Program-made: the position numbers and the translations under genes
Shown here: positions 26,353 to 39,261 of the stretch, in pieces
How the letters are laid out: every line of letters begins with the position of its first letter
How positions within the stretch are numbered: the stretch's first letter is position 1
DNA from: Podarcis liolepis
Taxonomy: Eukaryota
DNA length: 64,000 nt
NCBI GenBank assembly: GCA_965112155.1
Contig: OZ218099.1
Strand: one strand, 5' to 3'
The notes under the pieces: generated by a model
What the model was told of the DNA's origin: nothing
Seen by the model: the letters and a program-made list of their open reading frames with translations, nothing else
Databases searched by the model: none

Positions 26353-29300
26353 TGAGATACACAAACACAAACATAGGAAGCATATGGTTTACAGCTCATG
26401 GATAGTGATGATTGAGCTTAACCCATTTCAGATGACACGGTATGTCAAACCTTGGCTGAGCTCAGTGCAGTACAGGAGCAAAAGGACCAGGAAGATGCAG
26501 AGTGCCATCCCAGTAAGCCATAGGTTGACATACCATATTGTATGAATGAGGCCATTATAGATCTTTGTCCAAAATACATTCTTAGCCTTCTGAAATTTTA
26601 CTTTAGTGTTAAACTAGATGTATTTTCAAGGAATAAATGAGTAACAGTATATATCTTTTTCAGCATATATATATTTCTCTTCTTAATTAATTGAACATTA
26701 TAGTCTCAGAGAAGATAGTGAATGTTAAATTAAGATTCTCACTTAAGGCACTTACCTTATTTATTAATAACCTACAGAATGTTGATGCATTTTATGAGAA
26801 AGACATTTAAAAGGAGGGGAAAGGCTTTTGTAGAAGGAAAGGGCCTTACACTTAGTCAAAAATAATTTTAAAACTAAAAAATATCCATGAGGGATGGTCC
26901 AGTAAGTCCCTAATGTATGCCTTAGTTGCATAAAACTCTTCATGTGTAGGTGGGTAACCGATGGGGAGATGGATAGATCAGGCAAGTTGCTTGTGTTCTT
27001 GAAAGAAACATGGTAAAAAGCCTTCAAATTATTTCACAAAGTTAAAGAGTAGTTATCATCCAGATCACATAAAGCTAGTTTGTTTTTCTCGTGATAATTG
27101 GGAAGGGGACTGTCTTAAAGGTAATTATAAAATTTATAATTGGGTGACTTGTAAAGGCAAACTGGGAGTTTGTCTTCTGATCCCAGAACTGAACTAAACC
27201 CTGAACTCCATTGACATTTAGGCCCAACTTGTAACAGACTTGCCCATGCCATCCTCCCCACACTTTCCCACAATTTATATTTAAAATGTGAATGTTCCAG
27301 TGTTATCAACAGTAGATATTTCTCTTAAGTAGAATTCTATTGGTATATATTTTTTTCCTAAGTAAATTTGACTGACAGAATTCAATTTACATGAGATAAA
27401 ATTTGGATGGATTATCTGGAAAGCATTCTTAGAATGGTACTGATGTTGAATCACTCACTACTTCTTATACTACAATTGGTGCAAGCACTATATTCATATG
27501 AATGAGCTCATTTTGTATCTCTAAGTTATTACCAGAAGCAGGATTGTCCTTAGGGTGGTATTCAATTCTCTGATTCTTCCTTTATATTTGTTCTGTATGT
27601 AATAGATAAGCACATCTAGTGCAAGAATATGTGCTTTACTTACTAGTATTTAATGATAGATAATTTAATCTTTGTACATACTCAACCAAATAGTATTCTC
27701 ATTATTTATTGTACTATGAAACTGGTTTTTTAAAGTTTACCCTAATGTAAATTACAGAAAAGCAGTGTATGGCACATGGATTTGTTTTTCTTTTCAGTGC
27801 TTTGATAACTAAGTCATCAGAGCTGTTTACATTTGAAAAAATCTATAATACTTAAATGCTGATCCCCTTTTTTTCTTTTCTAAGTCTGTATTTAAATCTG
27901 TTTTGTGGAAATAATAAATATAAGGGGTAAGGGGTGTAGATTTCCTCTACCAATCTGATTTAAATGGAAAGCAACAGCCAAGCTAGCATAAGCTATTATG
28001 GTAGACATATATAAAACTTGACAACTTTGCTAAAATCCTCTTTCCTCTTCACTTTATATCTTTTCCCTTGTCTAACTGTAAACACCAGGACACTTGGGTA
28101 GCAATCCTGGATACAACAGGAAGTCCCATAAGAGAGAGTGCAAGTACAACTGAATGCAATTATTTTACTGTAGTGTGTAAAGTCCAGTGAACTCACATTT
28201 AATGGAGATTATGTTTCAAATCATATTCTGTGGTTGGATTATATATATATATAAATTATTAGTCTTCATTTCTAGAATGCTTACAAAATATCTGTCTTGT
28301 AATGGAAACAAAGCTTTGGACTACCAAATTACTTTTAACTTAAGCAGTTAACAAATTTATTTTAAATTTTCTGCTCAGATAAGGTCATACACATCTGTCC
28401 TATTGATTCTCATGGCCATTACAGCGACTTCTTGTCCTGTGTATCATGTTGAGGTATGAGGCTTGTAAAGGTGTGGCTGCCATCACTTTGAAGTTTTCAA
28501 ACAGACTTCAAAGCTATGTTTCTCAGCACCCATCAGCTGCTTGGTGCTATGTAGTTTCAGGTGTTTGTTTGTTTTTTTTAAAAAAAGTTACCATAGAATA
28601 CCAGCTCATCTACATTTCGTCCCTATGCTACCCCCTTTGCTCATAATTGCTATGTTGTCTGCATTGTCTGAACCAAGTTATTGTCTGTTTGAAGGACTAG
28701 TTCCCACTTTTTGGTGATAAGGGCAAATGAGCATTTTCACCTTGATGCCTTGGCTAAGAAGTCTCCAGTTTTCTAAACCAATCAAGGCAACACCCAATTG
28801 CTTATCGATTACTACTGAGAGCCCTAAGCACTTACATAACCTTCCAGTTAGTACCAAAACAGACCAACCAAGAGCCATGTATCCCTCTATTCAGAAAATT
28901 ACAGGCAACCTCTACCTTTTGTTCACCTTGAAATCTCCCTTTCAGTTTCCACTGTGCTTTTTTGTTTTTCGAAAGCAAAGTTGCTGGACTCCTACATCAG
29001 TGATGATCTTCCTCTTCCATTCTCCCCACTCACTCACCTGGATGAAATCCCTAGTTGCCTATGGCAACTAGGTAACATGTTAAACATGATTAAAATCTCT
29101 CGCTCTTCTTCCATTCCTATTATTTCTTCTCTCTTTCTATCCACTTTCCAGTTTATACCACTTTCCCTTCCCTTTTCCCCACTTACATTGAAGCATCACA
29201 GCATGTCTACTCTTGGCTTGTAGCCACCTCATCTTTCTCTTTATCCATATCTTTTTCTCCCTTCCTCTCTTTTCTGGGACAAGCCTTCAGTAATTTGCCT

Positions 29301-30589
29301 TACAGTGTGCCTTTTTTAACTTTAGCAATAAAACCTGTTTTTTTCTGGAACAGCTCTATGCTCATATCAGTTTCTCCCTCCCAGGTGCCTAATGAGGGCA
29401 TTCTGCTATCTAGACTTAATTTCTCAAAGTTCTTCATGTGCTATGCCTGTGTCTTTGATTAAATGTATCTGGGCTAGCTCTGCCAGCCTGACAGCAGCCT
29501 GTCCTCAGGCCCAATACTGCCAGGGCTGTAGAGAATAGAGCTTCCCAGACACAAGACTAGAGTAATTCACCTACCATCATTGCATTGCTCACTCCTGAAC
29601 CAGGGAAATTTGGTTTCAGATATTCATAGAAATGTGTGTCCCACACTATAGAGGTGTAACAAACAAATATAAAAAATACATTTTAAGAATGCCCAGCTGG
29701 GGCTTGGAGATGTGAATGGCACAGTAAAGTCTAGCACATATATTTTAGCATAAGGTTTCATTGGTCAAAGTTCACTTAAATCACCAAATCACCTAAGTAT
29801 CTGGATCCAGACTCATACAACAATGTATTGGTTAGTCTTTAAGTGCCATAATGTGGTGTTTCTACTACAGCAAACAAATGTGGCAGATGCCTAGTGGGAC
29901 CTTTGATTTCTTCTTGAACAGCACTCTCCAACTCCACCTGCTCTAAAAATAGGTTGGCTTGCAGCACAGAAGAGGTGGAAGAAAGCAACTGTGAATAAAA
30001 CACATGAACATTGCTACTGACTGTGCAGGTGTAGTCATGTGGTTCTCTTGAGTGCAGATCTGATTTGTTTACCACTACACGCCATTTTATTTCAAAGTTT
30101 AGTTAATCCACTACAACTTTTGATTTAAGCAAACAAATGAGTCTTTTTATCACAGAAGCTGCCTTTTTAGGGATACATTGAAACCCATGATGTGTCTGAT
30201 GATATTATGCCTAGAGGAAAATATTTAGTGCCATCATCTCTGAAACGTTGGCACTAATAGTGAGCGAGTTCATAATATATGCAGGGGCATTGAGAGAAGA
30301 AATTTATTAGCTGCCATGTAAATAAGATGTGTCAACAGAACAGAACATTTAAATTGTGCAGTGTTTTCATGATGTAAAAAATACAGAGGTGAAGTGGGGT
30401 TTTAATTAAATATATACACAGAGGTTAAGCCAAGATGTTTAATCAAGGTGTTTGTTAAAGCAGGATATAATAATGTCACGATAATGTTGTACAATAGTAT
30501 CATATTGTATGATTAAAAATAGAAAGGCATGGTAGCATCAAACATTGCCGTCACCTAGTGAATTGCTATGCTTTATGTAAAGGTATCAG

Positions 30590-30757
30590 AAGCTGCCTTA
30601 GGCAAAGTCAGATCATTGTTCCACGTGACTCTGTATTGTCCACTGCTGAGCAGTGGCTCCTCCTGGTTTCGGATATGGGTCTTTGCCAGGTGTCAGGGAT
30701 TGAGGCTGGAACTGTCTGGATGCAAAGCATGTACTCAGCAATTGAGCTATGTTTCCC
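30590..30757 (-). mobile_element. Old tRNA-derived SINE
   Basis: Reverse complement CATAGCTCAATTGCTGAGTACATGCTTTGCATCCAG..CAATCCCTGACACC..TAAGGCAGCTTC. Confidence 0.65.
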
Positions 30758-31560
30758 AATAGAAATGTAGTAGAGGACAGTTTAAGAAAACCAGCTTATT
30801 CCCTGCAGCAATGCAATGGCCTTCAAAAAGCAATTAAGCTGCCTTCAGTAAACTGATATTCCTCCTCCAAGATCAATACTCAGCTGCACTTCTTACAAAG
30901 CTGATATGAAAATTTAAGTAATCTCCACAATTTAGGAGCTGACAAGGTAAAGGATAGTTAACTAGAATTAACCCTGATAGCACAGACATGTGACAGACCA
31001 ACATTTCATAACTCCATTGTAAAAGTGCAAATTGCTGTTATTCCTCCTTTGCAGTAATTTCCTCCTTTGCTGTTATTTCCTCCTTGGGGGTAAAAAAAAA
31101 GTTGCTGTGGTGTTTTTTTAACTGATCTGAATAAGTAACAAATCATTTGCAGAGAAACCAGTGACATAGTCTATGCTTCATATTTAACGTGTACATACCA
31201 CCTTTTCAAGTGAGCAAGTATCAGTGCACTACATAAATAGGAGAGCTAAAGATGTAATTGCTGCAATTTAAACTGAAGTTTGCTTCTGAGTGGAAGTTAA
31301 TTTTTGTGCCTATTTTTAGTGAATAGTTTTTATTGTAAATAAGAGTTGGTAATCAGGCAAGTGATTTGTTGACACCGTTTTCATTTGTTATTGTATCATA
31401 CAAGAAGTTTCTTTAATGTAGGACTATTTGATGGTACTCAGTCAATTATGGCTATGCATAAGAAGGGAGAATAAAAAGTAAATCTCTTAATTTCTGTGTC
31501 TAAAATAACCAGTTTGATTATTTTAGATTCAATTATATCTTGCTCATTTTTTATGAGTAA

Positions 31561-31650
31561 GGCTGCAGTCCTAACAGTAGTTAACTAGAAATAAGACCCA
31601 TTGAATCTAATAGTACTTACTTCTGAGTAGACATGGCTAGGGTTCCATGG
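31561..31650. repeat. Short palindromic MITE-like repeat (related copies near 43980-44045 and 48707-48763)
   Basis: Shared motif ..ACTTCTGAGTAGACATG..TAGG(A/G)TT and GGCTGCA.TCCT / AGGATTGCAGCC ends. Confidence 0.5.
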
Positions 31651-32124
31651 TAGGAAATTAATATTCAAATTCAACCACTGTTTTCTATATGAATTATGTT
31701 AAGATTTTATCTATTTACATTTTCCATTAACAGTTTAAAAATCATGCATTCTCTTGAATTCACTTTTTTTTAAAAATGAAATGAAGCTGAAAGAGCAAAT
31801 GTGCTTCCTGCCCCAGTTCAATCAGATAGAAACTCAGGAAGATACTGAATTATTTTAACCTTTAAGAAGAAGGAGCAGGGGGAGATTTATTGACAGGGTT
31901 CCAGAAATCCCTCTGCATGTATGTATGATACTTTTCTGCACACATGGTCTCTGTGTCCTTATGGCATGATCCCCCAGAGAGCTCTTGATCTTTAAGAAAG
32001 TGAAGCATGTGGAAGCACATGGCAAAGCACATGGTGGGGGTGGCTTAGTTATTTCCCTCTCTTTGGACAATAGGACCTTGACGTCATTTGTGAGTGATGA
32101 ACCTTCATGCCTTTTCTTTCTGTG

Positions 32125-32126
<2 letters not shown>

Positions 32127-32164
<38 letters not shown>
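32127..32164. repeat. (AC)n microsatellite
   Basis: About 18 AC units. Confidence 0.95.
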
Positions 32165-32167
<3 letters not shown>

Positions 32168-32289
32168 ATATCTATATATATCTATATCTATATGTACCTT
32201 TTTGGCCTTGCTGCCCCTGACCATAAAACCCACAAAATTACTATTGCTGTGCAGTATTCTGGAAAACGGGACACGAGTGGCGCTGTGGT

Positions 32290-32839
32290 GCAAGGCATTG
32301 TGTCCTTTAAACACTATATGAATGGAAGCAGGTATTCATGATCAGGACCCATTTTACATTTCAGATTTCAAGCCCAGCCTAACGCTGCCGCTAGTTCCAA
32401 GAAAGCCTTAAATTTGTTACAAACATGGCAATGCAATGTGTATTCTTTGGATACTTAATGTCCAAATGAAAGACGACATATACATCCACACCACAGACCA
32501 CTTGATGATTAAGAAAGCATACTGAAACCTGCTGTCTTTACTGACCTGAGAAACCTAGGAGGATGAAGGAAGTTTCTCAAAATTTCTATCTCACTCACCA
32601 GAAAACCAGGTCCTGAATTCAAGTGTCTGTATCTAGGTTTAGTGTCAGAGTTTGGATTCTGTTGATGCACTGTACTGTCCAACCACATCCCAGTCTGAGT
32701 TGGTCTCTGACCTAGTATTACAGACACACAGGATTATTGTCTTTGGGGCTTCAGTATTTGAGGCTACCCCATTTGAAGTAGCTCAGATCTTCACGGTGTT
32801 GTCCAACACATCAATAACCCTATAGCTTATACTATCTGG
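32290..32839 (-). repeat. Inverted duplicate of 44813-45375, embedded in a SINE composite
   Basis: Hand alignment gives about 21 substitutions and 3 indels over about 550 bp; ORF-track entries 32509..32727(-) and 44937..45155(+) are near-identical. Confidence 0.97.
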
Positions 32840-33194
32840 GACGCGGGTGGTGCTGTGGGTTAAACCACAGAGCCTAGGACTTACCAATCACAAGGTCAGC
32901 GGTTCAAATCCCCACAATGGGGTGAGCTCCCGTTGGTTGGTTCCTGCTCCTGCCAACCTAGCAGTTCAAAAGCAAGTCAAAGTGCAAGTAGATAAATAGG
33001 TAGCATTCCAGTGGGAAGGTAAACGGCGTTTCCGTGCACTGCTCTGGTTTGCCAGAAGCGGCTTAGTCATGCTGGCTACATGACCCGGAAGCTGTATGCT
33101 CGCTCCCTCGGCCAATAAAGCGAGATGAGCGCTGCAACCCCAGAGTCGGTCACGACTGGACCTAATGGTCAGGGGTCCCTTTACCTTTTACTTT
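32838..33194 (+). mobile_element. Full-length Sauria SINE
   Basis: GGGACGCGGGTGGTGCTGTGGGTTAAACC head, conserved core, CCCTTTACCTTTTAC tail; followed by TATTCTGGAAAAC, which also occurs at 32255-32267. Confidence 0.95.
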
Positions 33195-36100
33195 TATTCT
33201 GGAAAACAGAAAGATAAAGCACTGGCTCTGTGGGCTGGCATTAGTGAGACTATTGAAATAAAAGTTAAAATTTTATTCAAGTGACACAACTTTGGTACTG
33301 CATAAAACATAATCTGCAGGTATTGTATGATAATATGCATTACTTCAAATGACATGTTTCTTTTTGGAAATGGCTACAGATTGTGATTAGCTGTTATTTT
33401 AGTTATAGAAGAAGAAACAAATAAATAAAATACTAAAAATACAAAATTGCATTGCGGTTTTGTTGCCATCAGCAGGAAGTTGAAATCAGTTTGATAGTAA
33501 ACGTGGTTGTAGTTAACCAAACTACCTGCAGCTCGGTTAGCCAGTGAACTGGATTTTGTTGTATATTTTGTATTACAATTTGAATTGAAAATTGAATTGA
33601 ATTGAATATGTGCCAGGTGCAATTTTTTGCTGTGTAATATTTTAATTAAAGTAGAGTTCTGTGTTTGTGTACAGTTTAAACAGTATGGGTGAAAATAAGA
33701 AAATAAAAGAGAAATGTCTTGTGTTAATCATAAATAAAGGACAGTTGGCTGTTGCTTCACTTTTGTGGAAGCCTTGTGTTTGAAACATGTAACTTCAATA
33801 TGATTGTTATATGTATAAAATGCTTACTAAATTTGTGAAATGTGTCTTAGTGGTTGTATATACTTGTGGTAGTTTGACATACATAGTTATGATAAAGTGT
33901 TGTGCATATAGACTTGTCTTTCTTTTTAAATAATTTTTTTCCCCAGCAAAATATGAACAAAGCATTAAGCTTCCCCCAATTTCACTCGCTGGAACAGAAG
34001 TTTAATGTACTGTATCAGATTTTGTCATAAGCCTTCATTAGTGCCAGTCATCAGAGTGCTTGTTCAAATATTTTATAAAGGGGTACCATATTTTGATCAA
34101 ATTGTCCACATCAGATATATTGTTCAAGGCATGCATCCTTTTTGTCAGTTGTTCAGATAAGGCAATTGTCCATACATTCTGTCTCCATTGAAAGACGTGT
34201 AGATGTTCAGGTCCTTTCCAGTTCTGTGCTGTGAGTAGACATAGACTTGTCATGTGGAGAACCTCTGGCTCTTGGGACTAATGAGGTCTCCCAGGCTTCC
34301 CATTTGGCCTGCCAGACCATTTTGGCCAAGCCACATCCATATGCCACTCACCTGGCAGTATAACATGGTGTCTTGAAGTCTCAACACTCAGCGGATTATC
34401 AATGCTTAAAATACCATATTACCTGATGCCATTGTGCTGAGTGATTGACAGGTGGACAGCCCCACTCACCTGCCAAATTTTGACTGTAGCAGATGGGGAG
34501 TTAAGGACCTGGTCCACTGGCTGGATCCAGTTCCCCACTCTTGCCTTATAATGATCAAACAGCTTTACTCTGTGCTCTATAGCAGATAAGAAAGACAATG
34601 TCTGTGGTTCACAACTGGCCAAACAAGTTCTTTTCTCCAGCACTCACATCTCTTTAATATTTAGATTCAATAATTTTAGGTCATTTAGTAGGATAGGCAT
34701 AGTGTGTGCTTTTGTGTATCTTCCAGGGTGAATGTTTATCTAACTGAAATGTGCAATGTTTTTGCCATTTCCCTTAATAAAGTTCCTAATCAGTGGTATT
34801 GTATTCTTACTTGGACTTTATCCATTCATGTTATAAATGTAATAACAAATTTTCTAATCCTCTTTGAAGCCTCATATTATCTTATTTGAAGTGTTTTCTA
34901 TAAGTCTGCAACGTTATAGGGAACAAGATCATTCTATAGCCTTTAGCCATATTCCCTTTTACTATGAACTTGTGAGCCTATTAAGGTTTCTTCTGGTCAT
35001 TTGTTAGGTTTTGTTCTATTGTCTATTATAAAAGTGCTGCAGGAAGTGAGGCTGTTCTGATGAGCCTTTAGTTCTGGGGTCAGGCAATTCATGCAACAGA
35101 CTTTTAAGGAGCATTACATTCCTTTGTAAGTGTTTGGGGTTTTTTAAAATGTGGAATAAAGTAAATAAAGCTCAAAACTCCTGAAGATGTTATGGCAAGT
35201 TTTGTGAAAAAGAAAGGAAGAAAAGGGAGGGGTTAACCTTAGGGTAAATTCAAACTGGTAAAAACCAACCAATTGAAAACTCAATCTCTGCTTTCAGTTA
35301 AGCAGTTTTTAGGTCAGAAGAGACTGCTATATTATCAAGTGGTCTGCCCTTCTGAATATCAAAGTTATTTTCTATCAATAATACCTGCTTCAGTCTCAAA
35401 ATGTCCACAAGGATATTCACCTTTTTATAGATTTAACTTGATGAAACATACAATTAGATCCTTTTTTAAAAAATTACCTATGCCTTCACTGGCAACTTTT
35501 CTTAAACTGGGAAAACACAGTGGTCTGTTGGGAGATGAGGACTGAACACAGACTATTTATCATCCTATGCACACTTATATTTGAGTAAGACCTGAACATA
35601 AGCCTCAGAAGGAGCAGCGGCATGTAGCAGACCCATTAGACTTAGTCCAAACAGAGGAGAGGCAATAGCAAGGAATATGTGCCGTTCTTCTGAGAAGCGG
35701 CCATTGGTGCCTGGACTTCGTGAGAGAAAGTGAAAGAGCTGTGCTAGAGGAGGGAGATAGAATTGTAAAGGCATGTTTGAGTGAGGAGTGGAAACATCAG
35801 GTCCTAGCTCCCAGTGATTGATAGCTAGCTGTATTGGGAGACATTAAAAAGGAGCTAGCCATGGGCAAAGGATTAACCATTCAGAGGTTGGCAACCCTGA
35901 AGGAGTGACTCCAAAGGGAATATTCACAAGTAGCCATGTGTTCAGTATAGTGGGCCCAATTTTGTGGAACTCCCTTCCAGCTGGGGTCAGACACTCCCCC
36001 CCCCCTTTGTTGAACTCCCACAGCTTACTGAATACTTAGAAAAAATTATTCCAGGAGGCTTTTCGATTGACCTCTGAGTTAATAGTTTTAATTTATTTGT

Positions 36101-36249
36101 AGTCATATTGTATTGTGTCTCTTGTATGCTGCTTAGAGTTTACTATGATTAAATGGTATACAAATTGTTGAAATAAATAAATAAAGTAGCTTCTGTGACT
36201 AGAAATGCAAACACCCAGCTTTGGCTGCTTCACCAGCTATGATCGTTCC

Positions 36250-36830
36250 TAGACTTGGCTAACAATGTCTCAAGCTTTAGTCATGTCCTACCTGAACAAC
36301 TGTAACATGCTATGCTTTCAAGGACCACTTTTGAAGATAGTCTGGAGGCTACAACCAGTGTACTAAGTTGGTAAGTGGGGAAGCCTGATAGTACCATGTT
36401 TCACCAGTCTGAAAACACTGCATTGGCTGCCAGTAAGCTACCAGGCTCAATCCAAGGTATTAGTACTGGCATATGGATTCCTAAATGGCTTGGGATCCAG
36501 GTAGGTAAAGGAATGCCTTTCCCAAGATCAACCATGTCAGGCCCTACAATTTGCAAGTGAGCCCCTGTTGCTGCCACCTGGATTGTGCCTAGTTAGTACC
36601 GACCCATGACGAGTCCTGCTCAGTAGTGGTTCCTCATTTGTGGAATGTCCTCCCTGATGAGGCTGCTTTGTCTTTCTCATTATTAACTTTCAGGAGGCAA
36701 TTTCAAACATTTCCATTTATCCTAGCATTGGATGGCAGAAAGATACTGTTCCTGTCAAACTTGAAATTATCAGCTTTGAGAATAGGTGATTATTTTACAT
36801 GTCTTAAATGGTTTTAATTGTTTTAAATAT
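36250..36830 (+). mobile_element. Degenerate L2-type LINE 3' fragment
   Basis: ACTGTAACATGCT..CCACTTTTGAAGA..TGCATTGGCTGCCAGT..TGTGGAATGTCCTCCC followed by a T-rich tail; similar fragments near 21960-22255, 35925-36185 and 48200-48705. Confidence 0.6.
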
Positions 36831-36853
36831 GTTTTACTGGTGTTTTATCAGTT

Positions 36854-37267
36854 AGAATCACAGAATTGTAGAGTTGGGCGGGACCACATGGGTACTGTAT
36901 TTTTTGCTCTATAAGACGCACCTAGTTTTTAGAGGAGGGAAACAAGAAACAAGAAAGCAATGCAAAGCCTCTTGAGCAAGGAGGCAGGAGTGTTCCAGCT
37001 GCGCTCAAGAGGCTTTGCATGGCTTTTGCGCACTGATCCATCTTGATCTTCTGACTTCAGTGATAGCTGCGCAGCCTGCATTCGCTCCATAAGACGCACC
37101 CACATTTCCTCTTACTTTTTAGGAGGGAGAAGTGTGTCTTATAGAGCGAAAAATACGGTAATCTAGTTCAATCCCCTGAAATGCAGGAGTTTTTTGTCCA
37201 ACCTGGTGGTTGAACCCATGACTCTGTGATTAAGAGTATCATGCTTTACCAACTGAGCTATCCCAGC
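36854..37267 (-). mobile_element. tRNA(Lys)-derived CR1-tailed SINE, split by a MITE
   Basis: Reverse complement GCTGGGATAGCTCAGTTGGTAAAGCATGATACTCTTAATC..GAACTAGAT [MITE] ACCCATGTGGTCCCGCCCAACTCTACAATTCTGTGATTCT; matches 13115-13255. Confidence 0.85.
36895..37158. mobile_element. Non-autonomous Tc1/mariner-superfamily MITE (CCGTATTT-type TIR)
   Basis: TIRs CTGTATTTTTTGCTCTATAAGACGCAC / GTGTGTCTTATAGAGCGAAAAATACGG, TA on both sides, internal third ATAAGACGCAC motif. Confidence 0.9.
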
Positions 37268-39261
37268 ATAGTGAAGAGCAGGTGTCCCTTCCTCTCAGAA
37301 GAAAGCCACACATTATGTCATTTCTCCTTTTGGAGGATGAGTAGGAAATTTTAATAATAATAATAATAACCATAATGAGACTCATTTCCTCATATACATG
37401 CATATGATTGTATAGGTAGAATTCCTTAAGGAGACAGACCAGAGCAGCTAAAATGAGCCATTTACTCAATTCTAAGGCAAAACAAGAAGCTTCATGGAAG
37501 TCCATGAGCCTGGATCATCCTTCTGCCAGAAAGAATGATGGTCAGGGAATTTTAATGCTGATTTTAAAGATAGATTTGAGTTTTTAAGTGTTGCTAGCTT
37601 TGTTAACCAAATTTTGAAAATTAATCTTAGTGGAATATAAGACAGTGGTTTAGTATACATAAAGAAATAAACACACAAGCATGCAAGGAAACTGCTGCAG
37701 AGGTGTTTTAATTCCTCTTCCATCTGAAGAGCAGGGCCTGAGCACTGATGAAGCAGTCTTGTGTAGAAACAACCAGAAATCATTAAAAATAGGCTCTCAA
37801 CTGAAGTATATGGTTCTACTTTTCTTGTTCAACATGGTAGGGTCAAATGCAAACTGGTACTAGGTATCTTTAATTAAAATTCAAAATGACAGCACAATCC
37901 TATGTATATCTGTCAAAAGTGAGCTCCTCTCAGTGAGACATATTAAAAGATAAGTTAATACAGGATTGCAACCCGAAGCTGAGATACTTGAATCCTGTGG
38001 CTTTACAGAACCGCTGTAATCAAGAATGGCAACATGAGATTGTTGGGTGTCTGCACTATCAGTCATAGAATGCAGTTATGAAGAAATATTAGCATGATGA
38101 GGTCTTCAGTTATCTGATAGTCTAACCTGCCCTTTCTCATCCTAGATAATATCTTGGCCCTTCTGGGAATCAGTGGTGACACACATAGCATTAATTTTAC
38201 AAGACTGGCACACAGTCTATAGTTTTAAATATCCTTTCAGTATGTATATCATCATATACATCATACACAATGCCAATGCTTCCAAAACAAATATTTTTGA
38301 AATTTCTTACACTTACAAAAATTCATTAGCAATTTAAACTGTAAAATCTCCACTAGTGTTTTTGAAAGTGAATTAATTCATGTATATAGTATGTCTGAAT
38401 TCGTTTCAATAGCAGTTTATGATTTTTGTAATTTAAGTCATTTATCAGGGCTGTACTGTAATTTTCCTCTTTTCTAGAATATATTTATATTGGAATTTTT
38501 TTTCTTAATGCCGAAATTAGTTCTGGAATACATTGACCACTTATACTTCTGTAACAAATGCTTGAAAGGTCATATGCACATATAGAAGAAAGGCTGAAGT
38601 ATTTGTGCATTTAAAATGATTTTTCATATTTTCTATTAAGTCAAATTATGTGGATAAAATCTGTGGTTTCTAGAAATGACAGAGACATTTATAAAGCTTA
38701 ATAGCTATGTTTGGTTCATTATTGTAGTTGCATTTCTAAGGAAAACTTATAAAATGACTAATCTCTCGGTAAAGTGCCATTCACACTTACGGCATTGTGG
38801 GAATGATAATAATAGTCCTTGTAGGAACGAATAGAGCCTATTATTTGAAGTAAGCCAGTTACTTAAAAGATTGACAGTGTAAGGGGGATGTTGCCCTTGT
38901 AGACAATGCATGATGCTATGTTTGAATTTTAAGATCTTCTTTCCAACTTGAGTAAGGAGTGAGATTATAACATTGCTATCAGTGATTAAGTAGCAAGTTG
39001 CTGCAATGTTGTATTTCTTCCCAGTCTTCAAACTGGTGGCCACTAAAACTATCCAGGCTTCAGCAATACACTTAGCATGTTTAGTATGCTACTACTCTCT
39101 GGCAAATGTGATAAGTGGCTTTCCTTCCTCCCAACTCCAAAGCTGCATAATTGGGCTGGTGTCATTGATCTCTTCCACCATCCCAACTGCAAACTCAGGA
39201 GGAAAGTTGAAAATGGTTTGCTTGTTGTGTAGCCATGGTTCCTGAAGAGTCCAGGCCATGT

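Noticed and set aside
32509-32727. Near-identical 72-aa ORFs here and at 44937-45155, suggesting a small gene family
   Set aside because: They are a by-product of the DNA duplication: GTG starts, many amino-acid-changing differences, and similarity extending equally outside the ORF.
7476-34005. Scattered plus-strand exon-like segments (7476-7666, 10899-10951, 12124-12210, 24057-24110, 28379-28453, 33947-34005)
   Set aside because: Splice-like signals exist, but the peptides match nothing I recognise and do not form a consistent phase chain; this many are expected by chance in 64 kb.
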